This document shows, one piece after another, positions 47,680 through 56,442 of a stretch of DNA of 64,000 nucleotides. Numbering within the stretch: position 1 is the stretch's first letter; each line of letters starts with the position of its first letter. The notes under the pieces were generated by a model that had not been told where the DNA came from, ran no database searches, and was given only the letters and a program-made list of their open reading frames with translations. Both the position numbers and the translations under genes were made by a program. The stretch lies in IMG/VR virus record IMGVR_UViG_3300005253_000523, positions 5,091 through 69,090 of that record; one strand, written 5' to 3'. This DNA comes from a virus.

Positions 47680-47830
47680 AATAATGGTGTAACAGGTGCT
47701 GTAACGAGAAACCGCGTTAATGTAATGGTGAGTATTGAATGATTCTAGTGCTGTAACGCCGTACACCTGTAACACCAAAGTTTTCTGGCCTATGCCCCGA
47801 AAACATTTCTCGCGTGTACGGGGTTACAAA
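47680..47830. other. Putative replication origin with TGTAAC iterons
   Basis: TGTAAC at 47688, 47700, 47752, 47768, TGTAAT at 47722, inverted GTTACA at 47823; AT-richer gap between primase and helicase. Confidence 0.6.
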
Positions 47831-47843
47831 CGTTCCGATCATG

Positions 47844-49601
47844 TCAATTCGCATGGTTAGGAGCCTCGGCTTGGAGGTACGCCGACAGCGCTATTACCGA
47901 ACTACGGTTTCCGGACGCCCATGCCGCACTGATCACGTCGACCAGAGGCCGCGTCCAGCGACGCATGACGCCAGCTTCATCGCTTTTAACGCGGACTGGC
48001 TTACTCGTCCAGCCGGCTCTTTTCAGCGCCAGGCGGGCCTCGGACAGCGTGATCTTGTCGGCCCGGCCAGGCGCACGAAGGAAGTTCGCCACCAAGTGGC
48101 TGATGTTGATGCACACGGTTTTCGTGTCGTCGATCCGCTTGATGAACGGACTGCGATCGTCCGGCACGCTGTCCTCGATATCGACGTCGATCGGTTTGTG
48201 TACGTTGAGGTAGCCTACGATCCAATCGTCGACCATGCCTTCGTTGGTGGAAGCCTCGTCGAGTTCGAGCGGCTCCACTACATCGAGCATGAGTTGGAAG
48301 ATCGGATTCCAGTCACTCTTCTTCACTTCGTCGATGACCTTGCCCGTGACGTCTGACACCGCTGCCTGAAACCGATCGTGCTTCTGCAGTGTCGTGATCG
48401 GACCGACCGGGTACTGCTTGCCGTTGACCACCAGAATGTACACTGGTTTGTCCTCAACGGTCTTGAGGATGCTGTCGAACCGCACGCCTAGATCCTTTTC
48501 AAGTCGGTCGAGGCGGTCCTTGCGGTACTTGACCTTGTGATCGTCGTTGGTGGCACTCTTTCCGATCTGCGCAAGCATGTTGCGCTCGTCGCTATCCGCG
48601 TCGCGCTTGGCTTGTTCGTCGGCGTATGCCTCTGCCTTTGCGATGGTGGGTACGAAGTAGCTGTCGCGCATCTTGTCGTCGAGACGGAACCCATGCTTCG
48701 ATCGGAACGCGATCATCAGGTTAACGATCTCCTGCTCGCTCCACTTGAACAGCGCCGCTCTGTTCGCCAGGGCCTGATCGTATCGGCTCGCATTGTTGTG
48801 AAGCTCTGGACGTTTAACGTTCCACGTGTCCGCGAACTCCTTGTCGTTCTGCAATGCGATCGCGAACTTCTCGGCCGGGGGCTGCGCCTCGTGATGGTAC
48901 GTCCAGTTCCCTTGCACGCGACCTGGGCCGGCGTCCTTGTAGTCTTCCTCGGTGAGGTACTCGTCGAAGTCGCCAAGCGTCCGCGCTCGCGTCGGTCCGA
49001 GATCAGGCAAGAGACACGGGACCTTCTTGCCCTTGTAGTTGTCTGTGCCGGCGATGCGCATGATGCGACTGAGGTCTCCCACGTTGTCGATCTGCCAGCC
49101 GTGGGCACGCGCCTTGCGAATGATCAGGCGATTCCAACCACGTGATATCTTCGCCGCCTCGAACCGCTCCTCTGCCTTCTCGAATAGATGCAGCTCGGGC
49201 AGTAGCCACCAGGGCTGTAGACCGTGGCCGCTGTGAACGATCAAAGACGGTGCGATCGGTAACTCGGCGATCAACGACCGTGCTGCTGCTTCGTCTGGCG
49301 GATAGCTCTTGCCCTTGTGCGCGTCGCCAGAGATATCGATGTCCGCCCAGAGACCTGGGATGCCGATCACCTGATCTGCATTGGCGCGCTCGTTGTCGGA
49401 CAGTCCCCTGGGACCGATGCCGGCGCCGACGTAGGTGTCGCCCTTGTTCTGGTAGGCAGCGTCGACAGCGCTCTCGATACTACTTGCCCAGTACGACCGC
49501 TTCCCGCGAGGCGTCCAGATCAGGATCGCACCCTGAGCTGGCACCTCGGGAAAGAGCGTGCTCATGAAGCGCGCTATGACCTCGCGGTCGGCCACGTTCA
49601 A
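47844..49601 (-). CDS. RepB/AEP-like DNA primase
   Basis: LWADID, PSLIVHSGHGLQPWW, DLSRIMRIAGT.N.K, SRYDQALA helical domain. Confidence 0.8.
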   Translation of the reverse strand: MNVADREVIARFMSTLFPEVPAQGAILIWTPRGKRSYWASSIESAVDAAYQNKGDTYVGAGIGPRGLSDNERANADQVIGIPGLWADIDISGDAHKGKSYPPDEAAARSLIAELPIAPSLIVHSGHGLQPWWLLPELHLFEKAEERFEAAKISRGWNRLIIRKARAHGWQIDNVGDLSRIMRIAGTDNYKGKKVPCLLPDLGPTRARTLGDFDEYLTEEDYKDAGPGRVQGNWTYHHEAQPPAEKFAIALQNDKEFADTWNVKRPELHNNASRYDQALANRAALFKWSEQEIVNLMIAFRSKHGFRLDDKMRDSYFVPTIAKAEAYADEQAKRDADSDERNMLAQIGKSATNDDHKVKYRKDRLDRLEKDLGVRFDSILKTVEDKPVYILVVNGKQYPVGPITTLQKHDRFQAAVSDVTGKVIDEVKKSDWNPIFQLMLDVVEPLELDEASTNEGMVDDWIVGYLNVHKPIDVDIEDSVPDDRSPFIKRIDDTKTVCINISHLVANFLRAPGRADKITLSEARLALKRAGWTSKPVRVKSDEAGVMRRWTRPLVDVISAAWASGNRSSVIALSAYLQAEAPNHAN

Positions 49602-50344
49602 CCGTTGGGTCGGTCTCTTTGATCCAGGACGACAACCTCGAACGCACCACGCAGTGGTTCGATGATCGTTCTGATGTGATCGATGTCGGTCTTCTCCATT
49701 CGCCTGGCCATCTTGAACGTGGCCTGGTGGTACTCGATGCCGTCGTTGTTCTTATCCTTGGTCAGACCGATCTCGGTGATGACACCTGGGTAAGCGACGA
49801 CGCCAGAGGTCAGTCGCGTCAGGTACTTCTTGAAGTTCGATAATGACGTCGGCGGCAGGCTCAGCACGCGAGGCATCAAGCTGTCGGGCATCATCAAGAA
49901 CAGAAGCTTCCGCTCCTGGCACGCCTTGCCCTTGCCCTTCTTCGCGCTCTCGAATTCGTTGAGCGGGCAGCCGATGCAGCTTCCGCCCGGCTTGCCGATG
50001 CCCATCTTGCCGTCGTTGCTGTAGCAGTCCGGTGGGCTATTGCCACCACCGTCGTCGAGCGACTTCTCCCAGTACGCACGGGCCACGCGGTAGTACACGA
50101 TCACGGCCTCGATGGTCTTGACCGACTTCTCGCCTTCCTCAAGATCCGGAACCATGAACATGGACGTGCTGCCCGTCGGGATCTGGATCTTGTCCAGGTC
50201 CCGCTGCCCCAGTTTCTCGTCGCCGAAGTTCTCCTGCAGCGCGTGCGCGAATTCAGCTGCGTTGAGCTTCGCGATCGCGAAACCCTTCTCACTGAGCACT
50301 TCCAGTGTCGTTGTCTTCTTGTCTTTTCCGTTCTTGGTCATCAT
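49598..50344 (-). CDS. Putative ssDNA-binding/recombination protein
   Basis: RAYW...PPDCYSNDG...CIGCPLNEF.S...GKAC...LSLPPTS family; replication context. Confidence 0.55.
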   Translation of the reverse strand: MMTKNGKDKKTTTLEVLSEKGFAIAKLNAAEFAHALQENFGDEKLGQRDLDKIQIPTGSTSMFMVPDLEEGEKSVKTIEAVIVYYRVARAYWEKSLDDGGGNSPPDCYSNDGKMGIGKPGGSCIGCPLNEFESAKKGKGKACQERKLLFLMMPDSLMPRVLSLPPTSLSNFKKYLTRLTSGVVAYPGVITEIGLTKDKNNDGIEYHQATFKMARRMEKTDIDHIRTIIEPLRGAFEVVVLDQRDRPNG

Positions 50345-50366
50345 CGTTCTCCTGCTGGTTGGTCGT

Positions 50367-50813
50367 TCACTTGCCTTTACGGACGCGCACGGAGTACTTA
50401 TCCGATACGCGAATCAAATTCTGTAGATCGTTTGGTAGGTCGAGCTTCTTGTTCAAGTCATCGGTGCTGATCTCGTCGGGGTTGGCCTTCTCATAGTCCG
50501 CGATCCGCTCGCGCACCCACGCGCTGAACGTGTTGCCGTTGATGTTGTCCTTGACCAGTTCGCCGTGACCATGCTCGCGGAGTTTCGCATACCCCGCATC
50601 CTTATCGGTCAATGAAGCGTAGAGAGATCGCTGCAGGTAGACAGTGCTCTTACCCTTTGTAATGTTCTGCAGACCGTGGTCCTGGAAGTACTCGATCAGA
50701 CTCGCTTCCATCGTCGCGATTTTGATCTTGACTCCGTCTAGTTTCGCTTCGAGATCCTGTTTTGTGGTAACGAGCTTGACGTAGGCGTCGGCAGTCTTTA
50801 TGGTCGCTCTCAT
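50367..50813 (-). CDS. Phage replication-cluster coiled-coil protein
   Basis: ELVKDNINGNTFSAWVRE motif. Confidence 0.55.
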   Translation of the reverse strand: MRATIKTADAYVKLVTTKQDLEAKLDGVKIKIATMEASLIEYFQDHGLQNITKGKSTVYLQRSLYASLTDKDAGYAKLREHGHGELVKDNINGNTFSAWVRERIADYEKANPDEISTDDLNKKLDLPNDLQNLIRVSDKYSVRVRKGK

Positions 50814-50853
50814 TGCTGGCTCCGATGTTGGTTGTTGGTAATCTGGTCGTTCA

Positions 50854-51756
50854 TCAAGGGACGAGCCCGGCCTCGGTCGGGCTTTTCTCTTTTTGGAAAA
50901 GCATCTGGAATGCTAACGCCGCTTGCTGCGGGACGACGGCGTTGCCGAGACATCCAATTCGGTCCACCCGCTTTGGAACCCCATGAGCCACTCGACCCAC
51001 GTCGGGTTCAATGTTCCACCAGCCACTATCGGTAGAGGTTCGCTGCCGATCGAGTTCGCCCCCCTTTTGGCTCCCTTGAACGTCCTTTGGTCGCGCCGAA
51101 CAGGAGTGGGCCACATTTTCACGGCTGCGCCGAGACTCGGGTTCCCCTTTTGATACATCGTCGGGCCCCTGTCGCCATCCGATCTTGTCGGCGTCGGCCA
51201 CATGCCGCGCGCCACTCCGTCCAGCGTTGGGCGAAGCGTCCCACTCTTGTCGCGCTGCCATCCTCCCGCCTCGTTCGCTCGCGGCGTGGGCAAGAATAAA
51301 GACTCGACGCCGGAGATGGGGCGCTCCAACGTCGGCCGCTCGAAGCACCGACCACTCTGCATCGTACCCGCAAGCGGCCAAGTCTCCGAGTACACGGTCG
51401 AGTCCCCGGTTAACGAGAGCTGCGACGTTTTCAATGAACACGTATCGGGGTCGAAGTACGCGAATGATGCGGGCGAACTCTGACCAGAGTCCGGACCTCT
51501 CTCCATCGATGCCGGCGCGCTTCCCTGCGTTGCTGATGTCCTGGCAGGGGAACCCTCCACAGATGATGTCTGGTCGTTCCGTTTGCTCATCCACTTCCCT
51601 CACATCATTGTATCGCTTGACCTCTGGCCAGTGCTTGGCCAATACAGCGCGGGCATATGGATCCGACTCCGCCTGCCAGATCACTGGACCCAGACCGCAC
51701 ATCTCAAGGCCAAGTTCAAGGCCACCGATGCCAGAGAAAAGAGATCCGATTTTCAT
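50854..51756 (-). CDS. dcm: C5-cytosine DNA methyltransferase, alpha subunit
   Basis: SLFSGIGG, GGFPCQD, ENV, GAPHLRRRVF, LGNAVVPQ; motif IX is missing in this frame. Confidence 0.9.
   Translation of the reverse strand: MKIGSLFSGIGGLELGLEMCGLGPVIWQAESDPYARAVLAKHWPEVKRYNDVREVDEQTERPDIICGGFPCQDISNAGKRAGIDGERSGLWSEFARIIRVLRPRYVFIENVAALVNRGLDRVLGDLAACGYDAEWSVLRAADVGAPHLRRRVFILAHAASERGGRMAARQEWDASPNAGRSGARHVADADKIGWRQGPDDVSKGEPESRRSRENVAHSCSARPKDVQGSQKGGELDRQRTSTDSGWWNIEPDVGRVAHGVPKRVDRIGCLGNAVVPQQAALAFQMLFQKEKSPTEAGLVP
50913..51590 (-). CDS. C5-MTase beta subunit (TRD + motif IX) nested in the +1 frame
   Basis: (L/W)PTP repeats and LNPTWVEWLMGF.SGWT; GAGG SD. Confidence 0.75.
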   Translation of the reverse strand: MSKRNDQTSSVEGSPARTSATQGSAPASMERGPDSGQSSPASFAYFDPDTCSLKTSQLSLTGDSTVYSETWPLAGTMQSGRCFERPTLERPISGVESLFLPTPRANEAGGWQRDKSGTLRPTLDGVARGMWPTPTRSDGDRGPTMYQKGNPSLGAAVKMWPTPVRRDQRTFKGAKRGANSIGSEPLPIVAGGTLNPTWVEWLMGFQSGWTELDVSATPSSRSKRR

Positions 51757-54647
51757 TCGCCCACTTTCGATACTAGCGACATCACGAAGTCAACGATGCT
51801 CCGCTTGTCGTGCAGGGACCTGTAGATCCCTTCGTCGATCGTCTTGCTGGCCACCATCATCACGTTAGTTACCTTGCGGGTCTGACCCGGTCTATGGACG
51901 CGTGCCTTCGCCTGATCCAATTCGCCGAGGCTGTAGCCGATCGAGTAGAACACTGCATACCGCGCACGCGTGAGATCGACGCCGAGCCCACCGGACTGGA
52001 TCTGCACTGCCAGTATCGGCGCGCCGCCCTCCTGCCACTCCGCAAGCTGATTGCGGCGTCCCGATAGTTCCAGGCAGTTTGTGTCGACTGCCTCGGCTGC
52101 AGCGTGAACGTTGTCGAGGTCGTGGTGGAATCTGCAGAAGACCACCATTGCCTCGCCGGCACTGGCGCCGGCCTCCTCCATCACCTCTTGCAAGACCTTG
52201 GCCCGGCTATCACCCACTTCGTGGATTTTGCCGTCGTCGTCCTTGGCATAGCCCGACGTCGCCTGTTGCAGCTTGAGCACCTTCACCAATGCATTGGCGG
52301 CCGTGACTTGTTCGCCCGACTCGACCCAGGCAATCAGATCGCGGAAGAGTTCGTTGTGTAGCTTGCGCTCCGCCTTGCCCAGCGGCACGTCGCGAGTCAC
52401 GTCGATCACGTCTGGAAGATCGAGAACGTCGCGGCTCACGTGCAGGGTAATGGTATCCATGCGTGCCTTGAGATCGTCGAGGTTCTGGTACTGCGACGTC
52501 TCTGGATAGTGCATGGTCTTTTTCGCCTGGCTGATCAGATTGGCATAGACGTTGATCTTCCAGCCGACGTCCTTGTTAGCGCGATCGCCTCTGTCCCCTG
52601 CGAGTTCGATCGTGTCGACGATCTCCTGATCGGTCATCTGAAACTTAATGCAGCGGATCACGAGCGACAGCTCACGGGAGAAAATGTTCTTGAACTTCTT
52701 CTCGCCAGTGAAGATCGCTTTGAAGTCGGCGTCGTTGGTCAGTGCGACCTGTAAGCGATCGGGCTGAGATGGATCCTTCTGCACCTTGAACGTTGCTGGC
52801 GTGATGTACTTGAGCTTGAATTTGGTATAGCTGTCGCCATAGATGCCTGGGTCCAGGGCACGGAACTCGGCGAAGACGTCAGCGGGACCGTGAGGCATGA
52901 GCGTGCCCGACAACCCGGTCGCATGCTTGGTGCTGTGTCGGAGCGTGCTACAGAACAGCGACGCGCGCCCGGTGGGACTCTTGATGCGGTGGCAATTATG
53001 AACAAGTAGCCCGTTGGCAAAGTAGTTGCCAGTACCCGTTTCTAGGTTGAAGACCTTACGGCTTTTAACACTTCCTCCATCACATGATCCGTTTTGTCGA
53101 TCACAATCTGATTTGGAAATCTCAGAACGGTCCATCCTCGCCGCCGAAGAAACCGATCTTTCTTCCTGTCCTTGGCTTTTACGGTTGACGTCGTATGGGA
53201 CCACCCGTCGACCTCGATCGCGATTTTGAGAGTCGGTTCTGCAATATCGATCTTGTAGTGTGTCGGGAAACCTGGTCGTCGCGGCTTTATCGAGATGATG
53301 TGTTCGATCGGCCAACCGAGACGTGCTGCCAAGAGTTTCTGTGGGATTGTTGGCTCCCTGCCGTTGCCACCGTTCAACTGCCGATATCCTTGCTCTCGTA
53401 ACGTTGCTTGTCCTTTGGCTCTGATCTTTTTCGCAGTTGCAGGATTCTTGAAGGGATTGCGATTTGAAAGAAGATAGGTAGCGAGTTTCTTTCTGAACTC
53501 TGGTTGTCGCTGTTGATTTTTCATTCTCTCTCGTGCCAGCTCTCGTCTCCGTTCCGTGTCCAGCGTTGCCACAAAATCCGGACGAGACATGCGCCATTGG
53601 GCTGAGCAACTCCTTCCGCAAAATCGTGTCGGACGGCTCTTGACTTTCTGTTTGTACTTCCGCCCGCACCATTCGCATCGCGACTTCGGATCCGCCATTG
53701 AAAATGCGTTTTAACTCAATGTGGGTCACAAAGTCAAAATTCGATACATCGCCTGCAGGTACATAACCATGTGTTGTCCACACAGGATGATTCGGTGTCA
53801 GCATCGTATCGTTGACACGGACTAAACTGTTCGAGGTTTCCCTGCGGAAAGTGAATCGAATCGGTGTCTCGGTTACCTGACATTCGTTGTCCATTCCGTA
53901 GACCAGATCTCCTTCGGCCAGTTCGCTAATCGGTCGATCGCCTTCTGGTGTCGCGATCATCGTATCGCCAGGTACACATTCATCCATGACCACCAGATCC
54001 CACGGCATCACCCGAGCCCAGTCGCCGAACGGATCCCGCCAGGCACCCTCGTAGTTGATCACGAACATCAAGTTGCCGCCTCCGGACGGCGCCGCATTGG
54101 CTGCGGCGAATATCTTGTCGGCGAAGTCAGTTCGCTTCTGGATGGTGCCGTCGCGCAGGGCCACGACACGTATGTCCACGGCCGCGTACTTCTCCACCTC
54201 CAGCGGCCATACCGATATGACGGACGCAGGGCAGAGCACCAACGTGCGGCGGAGATCGTAGTTCGTGATGGCGTCGATCACGGATCGGGTCTTGCCCGTG
54301 CCCATGCCGCCGTCGATGCAGGACGCACCGAGCTGACCGATCATGTTGGTCGCCTCGATCTGGTGTTTCCAGGGTGGCGGATCCTTGGTGATGAGCTTGG
54401 TCGATGCGAGAGGCACGTCCATGGTCGCGTATGCGAGCAGATCACCTCCGTCGATAGTGAACTTGTGACGGGTCAGGCAGGCGCGCAAGGCACGCGCCAC
54501 TGCCGGCGTGCGATCATAAGACCATGCCCGCTGCGCTTTGTTCCAGCGCACGGTCGGGATCGCCTTCAGGTCTTTGTTAAGCGTCTGGTCGAACGGCGTG
54601 TGAACAAAGAAGTGGTCATCCTGCGCTTCGATTCGTGCGGTTGGCAT
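51753..54647 (-). CDS. SNF2-like helicase with intein
   Basis: GMGTGKT, DE|CH, LSGT, QSGGLGVDLT, QAKARVHRPGQ. Confidence 0.92.
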   Translation of the reverse strand: MPTARIEAQDDHFFVHTPFDQTLNKDLKAIPTVRWNKAQRAWSYDRTPAVARALRACLTRHKFTIDGGDLLAYATMDVPLASTKLITKDPPPWKHQIEATNMIGQLGASCIDGGMGTGKTRSVIDAITNYDLRRTLVLCPASVISVWPLEVEKYAAVDIRVVALRDGTIQKRTDFADKIFAAANAAPSGGGNLMFVINYEGAWRDPFGDWARVMPWDLVVMDECVPGDTMIATPEGDRPISELAEGDLVYGMDNECQVTETPIRFTFRRETSNSLVRVNDTMLTPNHPVWTTHGYVPAGDVSNFDFVTHIELKRIFNGGSEVAMRMVRAEVQTESQEPSDTILRKELLSPMAHVSSGFCGNAGHGTETRAGTRENEKSTATTRVQKETRYLSSFKSQSLQESCNCEKDQSQRTSNVTRARISAVERWQRQGANNPTETLGSTSRLADRTHHLDKAATTRFPDTLQDRYCRTDSQNRDRGRRVVPYDVNRKSQGQEERSVSSAARMDRSEISKSDCDRQNGSCDGGSVKSRKVFNLETGTGNYFANGLLVHNCHRIKSPTGRASLFCSTLRHSTKHATGLSGTLMPHGPADVFAEFRALDPGIYGDSYTKFKLKYITPATFKVQKDPSQPDRLQVALTNDADFKAIFTGEKKFKNIFSRELSLVIRCIKFQMTDQEIVDTIELAGDRGDRANKDVGWKINVYANLISQAKKTMHYPETSQYQNLDDLKARMDTITLHVSRDVLDLPDVIDVTRDVPLGKAERKLHNELFRDLIAWVESGEQVTAANALVKVLKLQQATSGYAKDDDGKIHEVGDSRAKVLQEVMEEAGASAGEAMVVFCRFHHDLDNVHAAAEAVDTNCLELSGRRNQLAEWQEGGAPILAVQIQSGGLGVDLTRARYAVFYSIGYSLGELDQAKARVHRPGQTRKVTNVMMVASKTIDEGIYRSLHDKRSIVDFVMSLVSKVGE
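52995..53978 (-). mobile_element. Intein in SNF2 Walker B (328 aa) lacking an in-frame endonuclease
   Basis: CVPGDTMIAT, LTPNHPVWT, VFNLETGTGNYFANGLLVHN|C. Confidence 0.9.
53042..53698 (-). CDS. Zn-finger + DUF559/Vsr-like endonuclease nested in the +1 frame of the SNF2 intein
   Basis: CEWCG...FCGRSC; YKIDIA...IAIEVDGWSH...DRKKDRFLRRRGWTVLRF.N. Confidence 0.85.
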   Translation of the reverse strand: MADPKSRCEWCGRKYKQKVKSRPTRFCGRSCSAQWRMSRPDFVATLDTERRRELARERMKNQQRQPEFRKKLATYLLSNRNPFKNPATAKKIRAKGQATLREQGYRQLNGGNGREPTIPQKLLAARLGWPIEHIISIKPRRPGFPTHYKIDIAEPTLKIAIEVDGWSHTTSTVKAKDRKKDRFLRRRGWTVLRFPNQIVIDKTDHVMEEVLKAVRSST

Positions 54648-54837
54648 GTCTCTTTTGCTGGCTGGTGGGTTTCAATTCGAGTTCGATCAGACCGTCTAGC
54701 CAGACCCTCACGATGTGAGCCACATATGGACTGCGCTTCTGTCCATTGACGTGAGCCGCACGGTCAAGACGTCGTACCAGAGTAGCCGGCAGTGAGAGGT
54801 TGACCTGTCTGGTGGGCATCGGGATCGGCACCTTCAT
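54616..54837 (-). CDS. Ribbon-helix-helix DNA-binding protein
   Basis: RQVNLSLPATLVRRLDRAA...RSPYVAHIV. Confidence 0.7.
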   Translation of the reverse strand: MKVPIPMPTRQVNLSLPATLVRRLDRAAHVNGQKRSPYVAHIVRVWLDGLIELELKPTSQQKRHANRTNRSAG

Positions 54838-54863
54838 TCATCCGAACCGATCCGTCAACGGAA

Positions 54864-54878
54864 TATAGGCCGCCTATA
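54864..54878. promoter_or_regulatory. Palindromic operator TATAGGC-C-GCCTATA upstream of the RHH/replication operon
   Basis: Perfect 7-1-7 inverted repeat. Confidence 0.5.
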
Positions 54879-55061
54879 AAGTATGGCTGTGGTCAAGCTG
54901 TGGATGGAACGCCGTGGCCGCCCGGAATGACGGCGGTCTTCGCGGTCTGCCGCCTGTGGCGTTTTGTGCGCCCAGCGTGCCCCTGTCCCGGCCGTTCTCA
55001 GGATCCCGGCCCGGTAGTGTCCGGGACAACGGCCGGCCCACACAACCGCGCTGTGGGCCAC

Positions 55062-55098
55062 AACTGAAACGCCCCCTGGTATGGCTTGCCAGGGGGCG
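55062..55098 (-). terminator. Rho-independent terminator
   Basis: CGCCCCCTGG/CCAGGGGGCG stem followed by TTTCAGTT. Confidence 0.65.
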
Positions 55099-55123
55099 CG
55101 TGGGCGGCGAGCCCGGTCGGCGC

Positions 55124-56092
55124 CTACGCTGCCTCCCTCTCACCCCAGCCGGTGACGCTCGCCTTGCTGGGCCGGGTGAAGATCGCGAAGTGGGCGTCGC
55201 GGCCCTGCTTCAGTGTGGCGGTGAACTCGACCGCGCTACCGCGCAGGTCTGACCGACCCGGTCCGGTCCGTGTACCGTTGCTGAGTTCGCTCTGCAGATC
55301 GTTCAGGTCCAGGCTATCGACCTCGGCGTTCCAGGCGTCGCGCAGCCGGTTGTCCTCTGCGTGCTGCGCATCGAACAAGGTCTGCGGGCAGGTGCCCCAG
55401 GCGAGCCAGGTGCCGGCGTCGGTAACTACCTTCACCGTCATCTTGAACTGCGTGCCCCAGTCGGTCTCGCGGCTCTTCACCGAAACGACCGTGCCGCGCA
55501 CTGTGACCCGGCCTTCCGGTGCGGGTACGTTCTGCTCGGGCGGGCGGTTGGCCGCGTCGGCGATCCGGCGGGCCGTCTTCATCACCGCCGCGACCTGGGC
55601 CGGGCTGAGCCAAGGCTTCCGCTCGAAGCGGGCGGCGACGTCCGCGACGAAGCTGTTGTCGACCGCGAGCGCTTCTTCGAGGCCGGGGTGCTCGGCGAGG
55701 AACGCTGCGCGCTTCTCAGCGTTGAGGCGGGCCTCGGTCACCTTGGCCTTCTCCGCCCGGCGTCGCTTCTGTTCCAGGTTCCACTCGGCGCGATCGGCAT
55801 ACAGCTCATACTTACCCGCGCAGTCGTGGCCCATGTGGATGTGTTCGCCATCCTCGTGCTTCCAGATGTCGCCGTGGACGAAGTTCGCGCCGCAGACATC
55901 GCAGCGGCCGGGTTGGCTGGCGCGCTCTGGGTGTTGAAAGAAGCGGACCGCAGGATCACTCTGCAGCGCCCGAACCCGCTCCATGTTCCAGATCGGGAAC
56001 GAGGCGCTCGGCAGCGAGTAGCTGGTCACCCAGGTGTACTCGGCCGGGCGGATCTCGCTGACCCGGTGGTTGTCGTTTCGTGTGGTTGTCAT
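55124..56092 (-). CDS. Hypothetical protein with Zn-binding motif and OB-fold-like C-terminus
   Basis: CDVCG...MGHDC; EGRVTVRGTVVSVK...F.RP; ACAGGAG SD. Confidence 0.65.
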   Translation of the reverse strand: MTTTRNDNHRVSEIRPAEYTWVTSYSLPSASFPIWNMERVRALQSDPAVRFFQHPERASQPGRCDVCGANFVHGDIWKHEDGEHIHMGHDCAGKYELYADRAEWNLEQKRRRAEKAKVTEARLNAEKRAAFLAEHPGLEEALAVDNSFVADVAARFERKPWLSPAQVAAVMKTARRIADAANRPPEQNVPAPEGRVTVRGTVVSVKSRETDWGTQFKMTVKVVTDAGTWLAWGTCPQTLFDAQHAEDNRLRDAWNAEVDSLDLNDLQSELSNGTRTGPGRSDLRGSAVEFTATLKQGRDAHFAIFTRPSKASVTGWGEREAA

Positions 56093-56106
56093 CGTCGTGC
56101 TCCTGT

Positions 56107-56334
56107 CTAGTTGGTTTTCCAAATTGCGTGACCGCGCTTCCGGTCGTAGATGACCGCGCGATCATAGTGTGATGGGATCTGTGCGACTGACTCGTGCTGA
56201 GCAGCTTCGATCGAATCGAACTGACCGAGATCGAAGGCAGCCCCGTCCGCGTAGGCCGTAACGCCGTAACGCGCCGACTCGCAGGGAAACGCCTTCGCGC
56301 CGTTCAGGTAGTTGCCGGTGTTGTTGGTTGCCAT
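56107..56334 (-). CDS. Small hypothetical (early) protein
   Basis: Leaderless ATG after repeat promoter. Confidence 0.6.
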   Translation of the reverse strand: MATNNTGNYLNGAKAFPCESARYGVTAYADGAAFDLGQFDSIEAAQHESVAQIPSHYDRAVIYDRKRGHAIWKTN

Positions 56335-56395
56335 AGGTACTAATCTAAACCCGCTTTAGTAGTAGGTCCAGGGATTCGTACAGAAATCGACCGTC
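56332..56395 (-). promoter_or_regulatory. Third copy of the promoter cassette
   Basis: cggtcgatttct...TGGACC-tactactaaagcgggtt-TAGATT-7nt-ATG. Confidence 0.75.
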
Positions 56396-56442
56396 CGCGT
56401 GCGTTATTTGCCGTAAGTCCCGGACACCGCTAGAGTTGTCCG

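Noticed and set aside
47680-47778. N-terminal extension of the helicase to 47778
   Set aside because: It overlaps the iteron region; the ATG at 47679 just before Walker A is more plausible
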